Shown here: positions 8,488-18,843 of the stretch, piece after piece
Position numbering within the stretch: position 1 is the first letter of the stretch
How the letters are laid out: each line of letters begins with the position of its first letter
Origin: an uncultured bacterium
Lineage (GTDB): Bacteria; Verrucomicrobiota; Verrucomicrobiia; Limisphaerales; UBA11358
Direction: 5' to 3'
Assembly (NCBI GenBank): GCA_963708305.1
Contig: CAVPSH010000001.1
Span: 449,820-513,819 of the forward strand
DNA length: 64,000 nt
The notes under the pieces: model-generated
The model's input: the letters and a program-made list of their open reading frames with translations, nothing else
What the model was told of the DNA's origin: nothing
The model's database searches: none
Program-made: the position numbers and the translations under genes

Positions 8488-8742
8488 ATGGACATACATC
8501 ATCCCTTCGTGACGGAATTCCCCGAACATCGCGAAACCATCCGTTCGCTCAAGCTGGCGAACACCCAGTTCCGCGCGATGTTCGAGGAATATCACAAACT
8601 CGACGACGAAATCTGCCGTATCGAGGAAGACATCGAGTACGCCACCGATCAGGAACTCGACGAACTCAAGTTCAAGCGCGCCAAATTGAAGGACGCGCTT
8701 TATTCCGCCGTGCGCAAGCACGAGACGGCGCTCGTGCACTGA
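8488..8742 (+). CDS. DUF465 (YdcH-like) small protein
   Basis: 84 aa. FRAMFEEYHKLDDEICRIEED...ELDELKFKRAKLKDAL is typical of the DUF465 family. Confidence 0.7.
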   Translation: MDIHHPFVTEFPEHRETIRSLKLANTQFRAMFEEYHKLDDEICRIEEDIEYATDQELDELKFKRAKLKDALYSAVRKHETALVH

Positions 8743-8830
8743 GCGCCGGACGATTTAATCTGGCGGCAACATTTCCGCCACGCTGATTTCGCCATCAAGG
8801 CTTGAAAGCGCTTGAGCTAATTTCAGTTTT

Positions 8831-10924
8831 CTAGTGCGTTTCCGCCGCGGCTTTCCGTTTTTTGGCTTCCTCAATCACTTTCTCCGTCGCCTCGCGCGGC
8901 ATTTCTTCGTAGTGGCTGAATTCCTCAGTGTGAACGCCGCGCCCGCCGGTCAGTGACCGCAGCGTGCTCGAATAATGGTAAAGCTCCTGGGTCGGCACGC
9001 TCGCCTTGATGAGCTGAAACGCGCCGTCGGTATCCATGCCGATGATTTTGCCGCGCCGCGATGACAGGTCGCCCATTACCTTGCCCATGCAATCCTCGGG
9101 GATGCGGATTTCGACGGTTTCAATCGGTTCCAGCAAAACCGGCCTGGCCACCATGAACGCCTCCTTGAAGGCAAAATAACCGGCGATTTGAAACGCGATG
9201 TCCTTCGAGTCCACCGGGTGCATCTTGCCGTCGTAAAAATCGATCTTCACGTCGGTCACGCGGTAGCCGGCGAGGATGCCTTCGGTGCAGGCCTGATGCA
9301 CGCCCTTCTCCACGGACGGCACGAATACGCGGTCCACGTTCTGGCCGACGAGCGATTGGGTGAACTCGACGCCGGTGTCGCGCGGCTTCGGTTCGATGCG
9401 CATCCAGACCTCGGCGAACTGGCCCGCGCCACCGGTCTGTTTCTTGTGCCGGTATTTGGAATCGCCCTTGCCCTTGATGGTTTCGCGGTATTTCACGCGC
9501 GGCTCGCCCAGTTCGACATGCACGTTGTGCCGGCGGCGCAAGCGGTCGGCGACCACTTCCAGATGCAATTCGCCCTGCGCGGAAATGATGGTCTGGTGCA
9601 ATTCCGAGTCCACGACATAAAGAAAGGTCGGGTCTTCATGGTGCAACGCCGCCAGTCCGGACGCGACTTTATCTTCCTCGCCCTTCACCTTGGTCACGAG
9701 CGCGGCGTGGATATTCGGCTTGGGATAAACCACCTTCGGCAGGGTCACCGGATGCTTGGCGTTGCAGAGCGTGTTGCCGGTGTGCGTGTCCTTGAGCTTC
9801 ACCACCGCGCCGATGTCGCCGGGGCCGAGCGTGGGAACGGCCTCGCGGGTCTGGCCGTTGAGCAGATAAATCTGCCCGATGCGTTCGCTGATCTTGCGGT
9901 CGCTGTTGAACAAATCCGTGCCGGTGGAAATCGAGCCGGAATAGACGCGGAAGAACGACAGTTCGCCAAAATGCGCCTCGGCCATCGTTTTGAAGATGTA
10001 AACCACCGGCTCGCCGCCTTCGAGCGCCACTTCGATGTCCTTGCCGTTGCCGTCCATGGCCTTGACCTTCTTGCGGTCCACCGGCGACGAACCGTATTTG
10101 GCGATGAAATCCATCAGCCGCGCCACGCCGATGTTGTTTTCCGCCGAGACGGCAGAACAGCGGGATGAACAATTCCTTCTGCACCGCCGCGTGGATGCCG
10201 GCGCGGAATTCCTCCTCGGAAAGACTGCCCTGCTCGAAAAACTTGTTCATCAGCTCGTCATCGGACTCGGCGATGTGTTCGATGAGCTGGCCGTGCAATT
10301 CCTTGACCTGGGCCTCCCATTCGCCGGTGGCCGGTTCTTCCGTGATATTTGCCGCAGCCGTCCGTCGCGTAGGTGACGATTTCATTGCGCAGCACGTCCA
10401 GCACCTTGTTGAAACCCGGGCCGGCGTTGATCGGCACCGCCAACGGAAACACGTGCCGGCCAAAATGCTCCTGCAATTGCCTCACCACGGCGTCAAAGTC
10501 CACGTTCTCCTTGTCCACGGCATTGACCACGATCATTTTCGGAATGCCGTAGCCGGTCGCGTAATTCCAGACGCGGTCCGTGCCGACGCCGAGGCCGTGA
10601 TGGGCGTGGACGACCACCAGCGCGAAATCGCCGACGCGCAACGCGCCCAGACCTTCGCTGATGAAATCGAGGTAGCCGGGCGTGTCGATGATGTTGAACT
10701 TCTTGCCCGGCCATTCCGTGTGCAACAGGGACGCCGAGACGGAAATCTGCCGGTTTTTTTCGCTGACGTGATAATCCGAGACGGTGGAGCCGTCGGCGAT
10801 GCGGCCCATGCGGTTGATGACGCCGCCGCACAGCGAGCATCGCCTCGCTGAGCATCGTCTTGCCCGACGAAGCGTGGCCGACGACGGCAAAGTTCCGGAT
10901 GTCTGCTGGTTGATAGGTTTTCAT
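8831..10924 (-). pseudogene. elongation factor G paralogue (EF-G-like GTPase), three frameshifts as assembled
   Basis: The N-terminus is MKTYQPADIRNFAVVGHASSGKTMLSEAMLA, followed by NIIDTPGYLDF and VNAVDKE. The C-terminal 431-aa ORF carries EF-G domains II-V. Frame changes lie near 10835, 10357 and 10150. Confidence 0.85.
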
Positions 10925-11170
10925 AAATCCAAATCACACATTGAGGTTTTGCCAGCCACTGCCGGCGAAAGCGGTCCGCGGGAGCGGAAACCCAAACCCT
11001 TTGAAGAAATTGGTCCCAGGAAGTTCAGGTCGCCGATTCATTGAATCTGATTCAACCAAAATTCCGACGCGTGCGCAACTCACTTGCGGTGGCGCGTTAA
11101 TTTCGTATGTTCATGGCCGGACGGGTCGAACGGAACCGGCCCGGGCACTTGGGCGGGCCCGGTTCACATT

Positions 11171-13178
11171 ATGGAATCTGAATTGTTGAAAGTATTGTTG
11201 ATTGCCGGCGACGGGCGTTTGGCGCAGGCCGTGGCCGAGAAGTTGCGCAAAGAAGGACAACCCGTTGAAATCGCCACGGCGCCGGCGCTGGATGCCGGCG
11301 TGGCCAGGCTGTCGGCCAGTTCATTTGATGTCGTTTTGTTCGAACTTCCCTCGGCCAATGCCGCCGGCCTCTTTCAAGTCACGTTTCTCGCCACCAAGGC
11401 GCCGGGCGTGCCGATGGTGGTGTTGGGTCCCAACCAGGATGAGGCGTTCGCCGTGGAAGTCATTCGCGCCGGCGCTCAGGAGTATTTCGCCCGGGCGGAA
11501 CTGGGGGAACGCGCGCTGGAACCGGTGATCCGCTGCGCGCTGGAGCGTCACCTGGAACAAGCCGCCCTGCTCCGGGAAAAGGAAAATTACTACGGCTTGT
11601 TTGATCACCTGGTGGAGGGTATTTTCCGCACCACGCCGGACGGGCATTACCAACTGGCGAACGTCGCGCTGGCGCGCATCTACGGCTACGACTCGCCTGT
11701 GGAATTGATGGCCAGCATCAAGGACATCGGACGCAGCCTGTATGTGGAGCCGGCCCGGCGCGAGGAGTTCATCCGGCTGATGCAAGCCAACGACACCATC
11801 ACCGACTTCGCCTCCCAGATTTATCGCAAGGACGGCACGGTCATTTGGATTTCAGAAAATTGCCGGGCCGTCCGCGACGCGCAGGGCAAACTGCTGTACT
11901 ACGAAGGCACGGTCCAGGACATCACCGAGCATCAGCAGACGGAGATGAGCCTGCGGAATTCGGAGTCCCTTTATCATTCGTTGGTCGAGACGATGCCCCA
12001 AAACGTATTTCGAAAGGATTTGCAGGGCCGGTTCACGTTTGCCAACCAGCAATACTGCAAACATTATAAATGCAAGCTGGAGGACATCCTCGGCAAAACG
12101 GATTTCGATTTTTTTCCGAAGGAACTGGCGGAAAAATACCAGAGAGACGACCAGCGCGTCATGGAAACCGGCCAGACCTACGAAATCATCGAGGAACATC
12201 ACCCGCTGGGCCAGGAGAAAACCATCGTTCAGGTCGTCAAAACCCCGCTTTACGGCGCGGACGGCAGCATCATCGGTACGCAGGGGATTTTCTGGGACAT
12301 CACAGCGCAGAAACTTGCGGAGGAACAAATCCGCCGGGCGAACGCCGAGCTGGCCCGCAGCCGCGAGGAGTTGCGGACCAAAAACCTGTTGATGGAGGAA
12401 AACCTCCACATGGCGCGGGAAATCCAGTTCGCCATGCTGCCCCAGCAGTATCCGGTCTTTCCCCGCACCGTTCCGGTGGAACAAAGCGCCTTCCAGTTCG
12501 TGCACCGCTACCAGCCGGCGGAAACGGTCAGCGGCGATTTCTTCAACGTTTCCGCGCTCTCGGAGGACGAAGCGGCCGTCTTCATTTGCGATGTGACCGG
12601 GCATGGCATGCGCGCGGCGCTGGTCACCGCCATGATTCGCGCGCTGGTGGAGGAGCTGAAACCCATTGCGCGCGATCCGGGAATGTTTATGCGCAAGGTC
12701 AACGCCGACCTGTTCACCATTCTTAAGACCACCGGCTCGCCGATGCTCACCACGGCGTTTTATCTCGTCGCCAACTGGCGCACCGGCATCATGCGCTTCG
12801 CCAACGCCGGCCATCCCAAACCCCTGCTCGTGCGCCGCTCCGCCGGCCGCATCGAACCGCTCGTCAACGCCTCCGGCAAAAGCCAGCCCGCCCTCGGCCT
12901 GTTCGAGGACCCACCGTATCAAACCACCGAAATCAACATCGTGCCCGGCGATCTCATGATGCTGTTCACCGACGGCCTCTACGAAGTGCAGGGACCGAAC
13001 GAGGAATTATATTCCCAGGAACGGCTGATCATGGACGTGAAAGACCGTCTGTCAAAAGCCCGCCGGCCAGTTGTTCGACGAGTTGCTGGCGGCCATCGGC
13101 AGTTTTTCCGTGGACCATGAATTTGCCGATGACGTCTGTCTGGTGGGAATGGAGTACAAGGCGAAATCAGCCCCATAG
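11171..13178 (+). pseudogene. atypical receiver + 2 PAS + PP2C/SpoIIE phosphatase, one frameshift near 13055
   Basis: A REC-like N-terminus is followed by two PAS domains (each ending with a motif such as GTVQDITE or GIFWDITAQK) and a SpoIIE region (VSGDFF...CDVTGHG...FTDGLYE). The true C-terminus KPAGQLFDELLAAIGSFSVDHEFADDVCLVGMEYK is in another frame. Confidence 0.8.
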
Positions 13179-13186
13179 GCAAGTAA

Positions 13187-15021
13187 CTACTCCGTCAGAA
13201 TTTTTATCACGCGCGATTTTTCGGCGCGTTTGCGCCGGGTTTCATCCAGGATTTTCTTGCGGAGCCGGAGATTCTTCGGCGTGGCTTCCACGTATTCGTC
13301 GGAACCGATGTATTCCAGCGCGCGTTCGAGCGAGAGCTTGAACGGCGGGCTGAGCTGGATGCCTTTGCCATCGCCTTGCGAACGCATGTTGGTCAGCCGC
13401 TTCGCCTTGCAGGGATTCACCGGGATGTCGTTTTCCCGCGCGTTTTCGCCCACAATCATGCCGGCGTAAATCGCGTCGCCCGGCTCCACCATCAGCCGGC
13501 CGCGTTCCTGGATCATGTTCAGCGCGTAGGCCATGGCCTCGCCGCTTTCCATGCTGACCAGCGAGCCGTTCTTGCGCGCGGCAATCTCGCCGCGGTCCGG
13601 GCCGTATTCGTGGAACAGATGGCTCATCACCCCAAGGCCGCGCGTCTGGTTGACGAGGTCGGTCTCAAATCCAATCAACCCGCGCATGGGAATCAGCGCC
13701 TCGATGGTCACCTGGTCGCCGTGATGGTTCATGTTGGTGATTTCGGCCTTGCGGCCGGAAAGATTTTCCATGATGGCGCCCATGAATTCCTGCGGGATTT
13801 CGAGGAACAACTTTTCAATCGGCTCCAGCATGTTGCCGTTGGCGTCCTTTTTGTAGAGGACTTCGGGACGCGACACCAGCACCTCGTGGCCCTCGCGCCG
13901 CATCTGTTCGACCAGGATGGCAATCTGCATTTCGCCGCGGCCCTCGACCTCGAAAATCTTCGGGTCGCTGGTCTGCTTGATGCGCAAGGCGACGTTGGTG
14001 CGGATTTCCTTTTGCAGCCGTTCCCAGATGTGCCGCGCGGTGACGAGCTTGCCATCCTGGCCGGCCAGCGGGCCGTCGTTGACGGCGAATTCCATCTGGA
14101 TCGTCGGCGGATCAATCGGGATGTACGGCAGCGCGCCGCGTTCCGGCTTGTCCGCGATGGTCTCACCGATGAACACCTCCTCGAACCCGGTGACGCCGAC
14201 GATGTCGCCCGCGTGCGCTTCCTGCACTTCGATGCGTTTCAAGCCTTCGAAATGGTAAATCATCGTGATTTTGCCCTGCGTGATTTTGCCGTGGCCGTGC
14301 AGGCAGCACGCGGCGTCGCCCACCTTCACCTTGCCCGCCATGATTTTGCCAAACGCGATACGGCCGAGGTAATCCGAGTAATCGAGGTTCGCCACCAGCA
14401 CCTGAAACCCGTCGCCGGCCTTGGCGCGCGGAGGCGGAATGTGTTTTACGATCGCATCGAACAACGGTTCCATCGTGCCGCTGACGTGACTCAAATCCAT
14501 CTTCGCGTAACCGGCCTTGGCCGAGCAATAGACGAATGGAAAATCGAGCTGCTCGTCCGTCGCGTTGAGCGAAATGAACAATTCGAAAACCTGGTCGAGC
14601 ACCTTCTTCGGGTTCGCGTTGTCGCGGTCAATCTTGTTGATGACCACAATCGGCTTGGCGCCGGCTTCCAGCGCCTTGCGCAGGACGAACCGGGTCTGCG
14701 CCTGCGGCCCTTCGGCGGCGTCCACGACCAGCAGCACGCCGTCAATCATGTTCATGATGCGCTCGACCTCGCCGCCGAAATCCGCGTGGCCGGGCGTGTC
14801 CACGATGTTGATGTGGTAATCCTTGTATTTGAACGCGGCGTTTTTGGCGCGGATGGTGATGCCCTTTTCCTTTTCCAGATCCATCGAATCCATCAGGCGC
14901 TCATCCTGGACTCGTGCTGGTTGGCGCGAAAGGTGCCGGACTGCTTGAGCAGGCAATCCACGAGCGTCGTCTTGCCGTGGTCCACGTGCGCGATGATGGC
15001 GATGTTTCGAATGTGCTGCAT
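13187..15021 (-). pseudogene. typA: translational GTPase TypA/BipA, one frameshift near 14905
   Basis: [38 protein letters not shown] is in one frame, and [17 protein letters not shown]...[14 protein letters not shown] plus the rest (628-aa ORF) is in another. Confidence 0.9.
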
Positions 15022-15032
15022 TTGCTTTAATT

Positions 15033-15112
15033 CTCAATTTTGAGTTTTTAGTTTTGAATTCAATTTGCCGCAACCCACAACTTAAAATTCAAAACTCAAC
15101 CCTCAAAACTCC
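15033..15112. repeat. heptad-type imperfect palindrome in the typA 5' leader
   Basis: TTTTGAGTTTTTAGTTTTGAATT pairs with AATTCAAAACTCAACCCTCAAAACTC. Both arms are built from 7-nt units (GAGTTTT-like). Confidence 0.6.
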
Positions 15113-15285
15113 AATGAACCAAGCCTGATAGAATGCCTTTTAAGCGGAAAAGGTCAAGTCCGCGAGCGCGCAAAAAAGATCGACGGATCCGTCTGCTCTG
15201 CTTATCATCAGGTATTCGAACTGACAGAGGGCCGTTCTTCGATCGCCCGATGCAGGCCTTGCGAAGCAACAACCCGGAGAGTTTT

Positions 15286-17391
15286 ATGAAACTCGTGAAA
15301 ATCCTGCTTGCGGTTGCGGCTATTAATGACCTTTTCCTTACGGCCATCCCCGGTTTGGCCCAACCATGGATGCCGGGGGTGTCGGCGGCCTCGCCTACGG
15401 AAAACTGGACTTCCGTCGCCTCGGCGGCGGATGGCAAGAAGCTGGTTGCGGCCGCTTCCGGCGCGATTTACGTGTCCACCAACTCGGGAGCCACTTGGAT
15501 GCAGACGACCGCGCCCACCCAAGGGTGGGCTTCAGTCGCTTCGTCAACGGACGGGGTCAAACTGGTGGCGGCGGTCTTGAATATTTATCCCACTCCTTTG
15601 CTTCCGGGGGTCCCCCGTCCCATGGATGGCGCGATTTATGTCTCGACCAACTCGGGGCTCACCTGGACGGCCACCAGTGCGCCAACCAACGGGTGGACAT
15701 CCATCGCTTGCTCCGCTGACGGAACCAGACTGGTGGCAGCGGCAACCGAACCCTATGCGCTCAGCGGCCCGATTTATACCTCGACCGATTCCGGAACCAC
15801 CTGGACTCAGACGAGCGGGCCGAGCAATTACTTGGCTGCCGTCGCCTCGTCGGCCAATGGCACCACATTCGTCGCCGCGACGTCCTACGGCCCGATCTGG
15901 GTTTCGCCAGACTCGGGGACCACCTGGACACAGACCAGCGCCCCCTTGAACTATTGGCACGCTGTCGCCACGTCCGCGGATGGTTCCACCTTCGTGGCCG
16001 CCGTTGGCTACTACAACTCTTCTGCCGGACCGGTTTACATCTCCACCAACTCGGGTGGCACGTGGCTGCAGACCAGTGCACCCTCGAACATGTGGTATTC
16101 CGTCTGCACTTCAGCCGACGGCACCAGGCTGACGGCCGCAAGCCTTGGTGCCATTTATACCTCGGCCAATTCCGGAACCACTTGGACTCAGACGGGCGCG
16201 CCCTATAACAATTGGACTGCGGTTGCCTGCTCCGCCGATGGCACCGGTCTGGTCGCCGCCCCCGAATGGGGACCGCTTTACACTTCGACGAATTCGGGAA
16301 CTTCCTGGTTACCGACCCTGCCCATCCTGTTCTGGCACTCCATCGCCTCCTCCGCCGACGGAAACAACCTCGTTGCCGTGGTGGAAATCGGCCCGATTTG
16401 GACTTCGACGAATGGGGGCGTGACGTGGACCGAAACCAGCGCCGCTCAAAATGTGTGGACGGCCGTCGCCTCCTCGGCGGATGGCACGAAACTGGTCGCC
16501 GTGGCTTTAAGCTCCCTCGGTTATGCCGGTGGGATCTGGACGTCGGATGATTCAGGGGCCACTTGGACGCAATCGGGAGCGCCGACCAAATACTGGTGGG
16601 GCGTTGCTTCGTCGGCAGATGGCGTCAAACTCGTCGCCGTGGTGCAAAACGGCCCGATCTATGTTTCGGCAGATTCGGGGACCACCTGGACATCAACCAG
16701 CGCACCCGGCCTGCAGTGGCGTGGCGTCGCCTCGTCAGCTGACGGAAGCAAGCTGGTGGCGGTCGCCAGTGGCGACCGGATTTACACTTCGACGGATGCC
16801 GGGACCACTTGGAACGCGACCAGCTCGCCGGTCAATAGTTGGAACTGTGTGGCTTCCTCAGCGGACGGTGCCAAACTGGTCGCGGGGGTGCAATATGGCC
16901 CGATTTACACCTCGACCAATTCGGGAGCAAGCTGGACGCTAACGAGCGCACCCGGCGGCGCAGATTGGGCTTCGGTCGCTTCATCGGCGGATGGAACCAA
17001 ATTGGCGGCGGTTGACACCGATAATACGATTTATGTCTCACCAGACTCGGGGGCCACTTGGACCAGCACGGGGGCGCCGAAGGAGAATTGGTATTGCGCC
17101 GCTTCGTCGGCAGATGGCGTCAAACTCGTCGCCGCGGCCATCCCAGGGCTGCTGTACACCCGGCAATCCGTTCCGGCCCCCTTGTTAAACTTGATGTCTT
17201 CCGATAACGGCCTTGTTCTTTCCTGGGTCGTGCCCTCCCTGAGCTTCCGGTTGCAGCAGAATTCCGATCTGACCACATCAAACTGGATCGACGTGACCGG
17301 CGCACCAACCCTCGACACGACTAACCTGCAATACCAGGTGATCATCCCCCAAAACAACGATCAGGGCTTCTATCGCCTCAAAAACCCGTAA
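15286..17391 (+). CDS. secreted BNR/Asp-box-like repeat beta-propeller protein with a conserved C-terminal module
   Basis: Signal peptide MKLVKILLAVAA, then about 13 repeats of W..VASSADG.KLVAA...GPIY.S..SG.TW..T.AP. The C-terminus is LVLSW...FRLQQNSDLTTSNW..V...GFYRLKNP. Confidence 0.7.
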   Translation: MKLVKILLAVAAINDLFLTAIPGLAQPWMPGVSAASPTENWTSVASAADGKKLVAAASGAIYVSTNSGATWMQTTAPTQGWASVASSTDGVKLVAAVLNIYPTPLLPGVPRPMDGAIYVSTNSGLTWTATSAPTNGWTSIACSADGTRLVAAATEPYALSGPIYTSTDSGTTWTQTSGPSNYLAAVASSANGTTFVAATSYGPIWVSPDSGTTWTQTSAPLNYWHAVATSADGSTFVAAVGYYNSSAGPVYISTNSGGTWLQTSAPSNMWYSVCTSADGTRLTAASLGAIYTSANSGTTWTQTGAPYNNWTAVACSADGTGLVAAPEWGPLYTSTNSGTSWLPTLPILFWHSIASSADGNNLVAVVEIGPIWTSTNGGVTWTETSAAQNVWTAVASSADGTKLVAVALSSLGYAGGIWTSDDSGATWTQSGAPTKYWWGVASSADGVKLVAVVQNGPIYVSADSGTTWTSTSAPGLQWRGVASSADGSKLVAVASGDRIYTSTDAGTTWNATSSPVNSWNCVASSADGAKLVAGVQYGPIYTSTNSGASWTLTSAPGGADWASVASSADGTKLAAVDTDNTIYVSPDSGATWTSTGAPKENWYCAASSADGVKLVAAAIPGLLYTRQSVPAPLLNLMSSDNGLVLSWVVPSLSFRLQQNSDLTTSNWIDVTGAPTLDTTNLQYQVIIPQNNDQGFYRLKNP

Positions 17392-17451
17392 ACCCGGGCA
17401 ATCATCGAAAGGGCAACAGTGGCCGTTCGCGGCGCGGAAAGGGTTTCAATT

Positions 17452-18585
17452 TCAAACCAGTTTTCTTAACCTCGCGTCCTCGCCAAGTTTCCGGACCAGT
17501 TCCTTCACCTTTTGGGCCTGGCTCTTGTGCGCCAGCAATACCGCGTCGTCGGTCTGCACCAGAATCGAATCGCGCAAGCCCACCACGGCAATCGGCGTTT
17601 TGTTTTTCGTCCGTGCGTCGTAGATGATGTTTCGCGCACCGTCCACGTGGATGAAATCCGCCACCACGCAATTGCCTTCCGGATCGGCCTTGAGATGCCG
17701 CCCCAGCGCCGTCCATGAACCGACGTCATCCCACTCGAACGCGCCATCAGCCACAATCACGTTCTGCGCCTTCTCCATCAGCGCATAATCAATCGAAACT
17801 TTTTTGATGTCGGGATATTCCTTCGCTAACACTTTCGCGAGCCTGGCCGGTTTGTTCGCCACTTTGAACCAACGCTGGCAGGCCGCGTACATTTCCGGCT
17901 GATGTTTCTGCAATCCTTCCGTGACGGTCACGAACGACCAGACAAACATGCCCGCGTTCCAGCGATACTGGCCGCTGTTGACATATTCCAGCGCACGGTG
18001 GAAATCGGGCTTTTCCACAAACCGCTCCGCCTTAAAAAAAGTCGTCTTCGTCTTCCTCGCGCCTTGCGCTGGCGGCAATTCCTGGCCGACCTGAATGTAA
18101 CCGTACCCCGTATCCGGCCCGGCCGGCTTGATACCGATGGTGATGACGGCCTGGCCGCGCGACGCGAGGTCAAAGGCATCGCTCAACACCTGCTGAAACT
18201 TCTTTTCTTCGGGAATGACGTGGTCGGCGGGCAACACCGCCATGACGCCGGTGGTCGAGCGCGCGCCCACCAATGCCGCGCCTAAAGTGACAGCAGCGGT
18301 GGTGTCACGGCCAATGGGTTCGGCAACAAGATTGGCTTTGGGAATTTTCGGGAGCTGCCGGCGGACTTCCGGCAATTGCACCTCGTTGGTGATGACGAAA
18401 ATATTTTTGACCGGCACCAACGGCAGGACACGGTCAACGGCCTGCTGGAGAAACGAGCGCTTGCCGAGCAGCGTGAGCAATTGCTTGGGTGTTTTGTCGC
18501 GGCTCACCGGCCAGAACCGTTCGCCGCGCCCGCCCGCCATGATGATGACGAACCGGTTTTTAGTATTATCCCTTTGCGATTTCAT
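17452..18585 (-). CDS. mannose-1-phosphate guanylyltransferase
   Basis: Nucleotidyltransferase motif FVIIMAGGRGERFWPVSR..PKQ. The start is set at MKSQRDN (18585), because the longer ORF extension has no support. Confidence 0.75.
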   Translation of the reverse strand: MKSQRDNTKNRFVIIMAGGRGERFWPVSRDKTPKQLLTLLGKRSFLQQAVDRVLPLVPVKNIFVITNEVQLPEVRRQLPKIPKANLVAEPIGRDTTAAVTLGAALVGARSTTGVMAVLPADHVIPEEKKFQQVLSDAFDLASRGQAVITIGIKPAGPDTGYGYIQVGQELPPAQGARKTKTTFFKAERFVEKPDFHRALEYVNSGQYRWNAGMFVWSFVTVTEGLQKHQPEMYAACQRWFKVANKPARLAKVLAKEYPDIKKVSIDYALMEKAQNVIVADGAFEWDDVGSWTALGRHLKADPEGNCVVADFIHVDGARNIIYDARTKNKTPIAVVGLRDSILVQTDDAVLLAHKSQAQKVKELVRKLGEDARLRKLV

Positions 18586-18843
18586 CGCGACCGATTGAAC
18601 ACGGAGAAGGGGACAATTGCAAAAGTTGTTTTTAGTTCCATTCCGGGCGCCACTTGAATCTGTTCTTGAAAAACAGGCGGCTGGAAGCCGCTTGAACACA
18701 CAACATTGCATCAGGCTGCGAATATCATGACGGGCTAAATCGGTGTTCCGCGCTGCGGATGGTCTCCTCGCAGGGATGTCGGGCCCGGTCAAGCCGGCGG
18801 CCATTTTTTTCATGGCTTCCGGCAGTAATGGCCTTTACGATTT

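Noticed and set aside
8831-10924. Programmed ribosomal frameshifting as an explanation for the split genes.
   Set aside because: No slippery heptamers or stimulatory structures occur at the shift sites. The shifts go in both directions and occur in many unrelated genes, several per gene in pstA and the EF-G paralogue.
11041-11055. A perfect 7-1-7 palindrome, TTGAATCtGATTCAA, in the divergent region between the EF-G paralogue and the REC-PAS-PP2C gene.
   Set aside because: It is a plausible operator. However, it is a single short AT-rich palindrome with no second copy in the window, so there is too little evidence to call it a site.
13376-15043. Very long ORFs antisense to real genes, e.g. 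13376-15043 (555 aa), 9188-10168, 11852-12922, 25797-26801, 38570-39982, 52981-54240, 55390-56349 and 61281-62570.
   Set aside because: Their translations are Arg/Gly/His/Ala-rich and low in complexity, with no motifs. The opposite strand carries unmistakable conserved genes (typA, the EF-G paralogue, a PP2C gene, kinases, GH28, GH42). This is the usual stop-codon-poor antisense artefact of GC-rich DNA.
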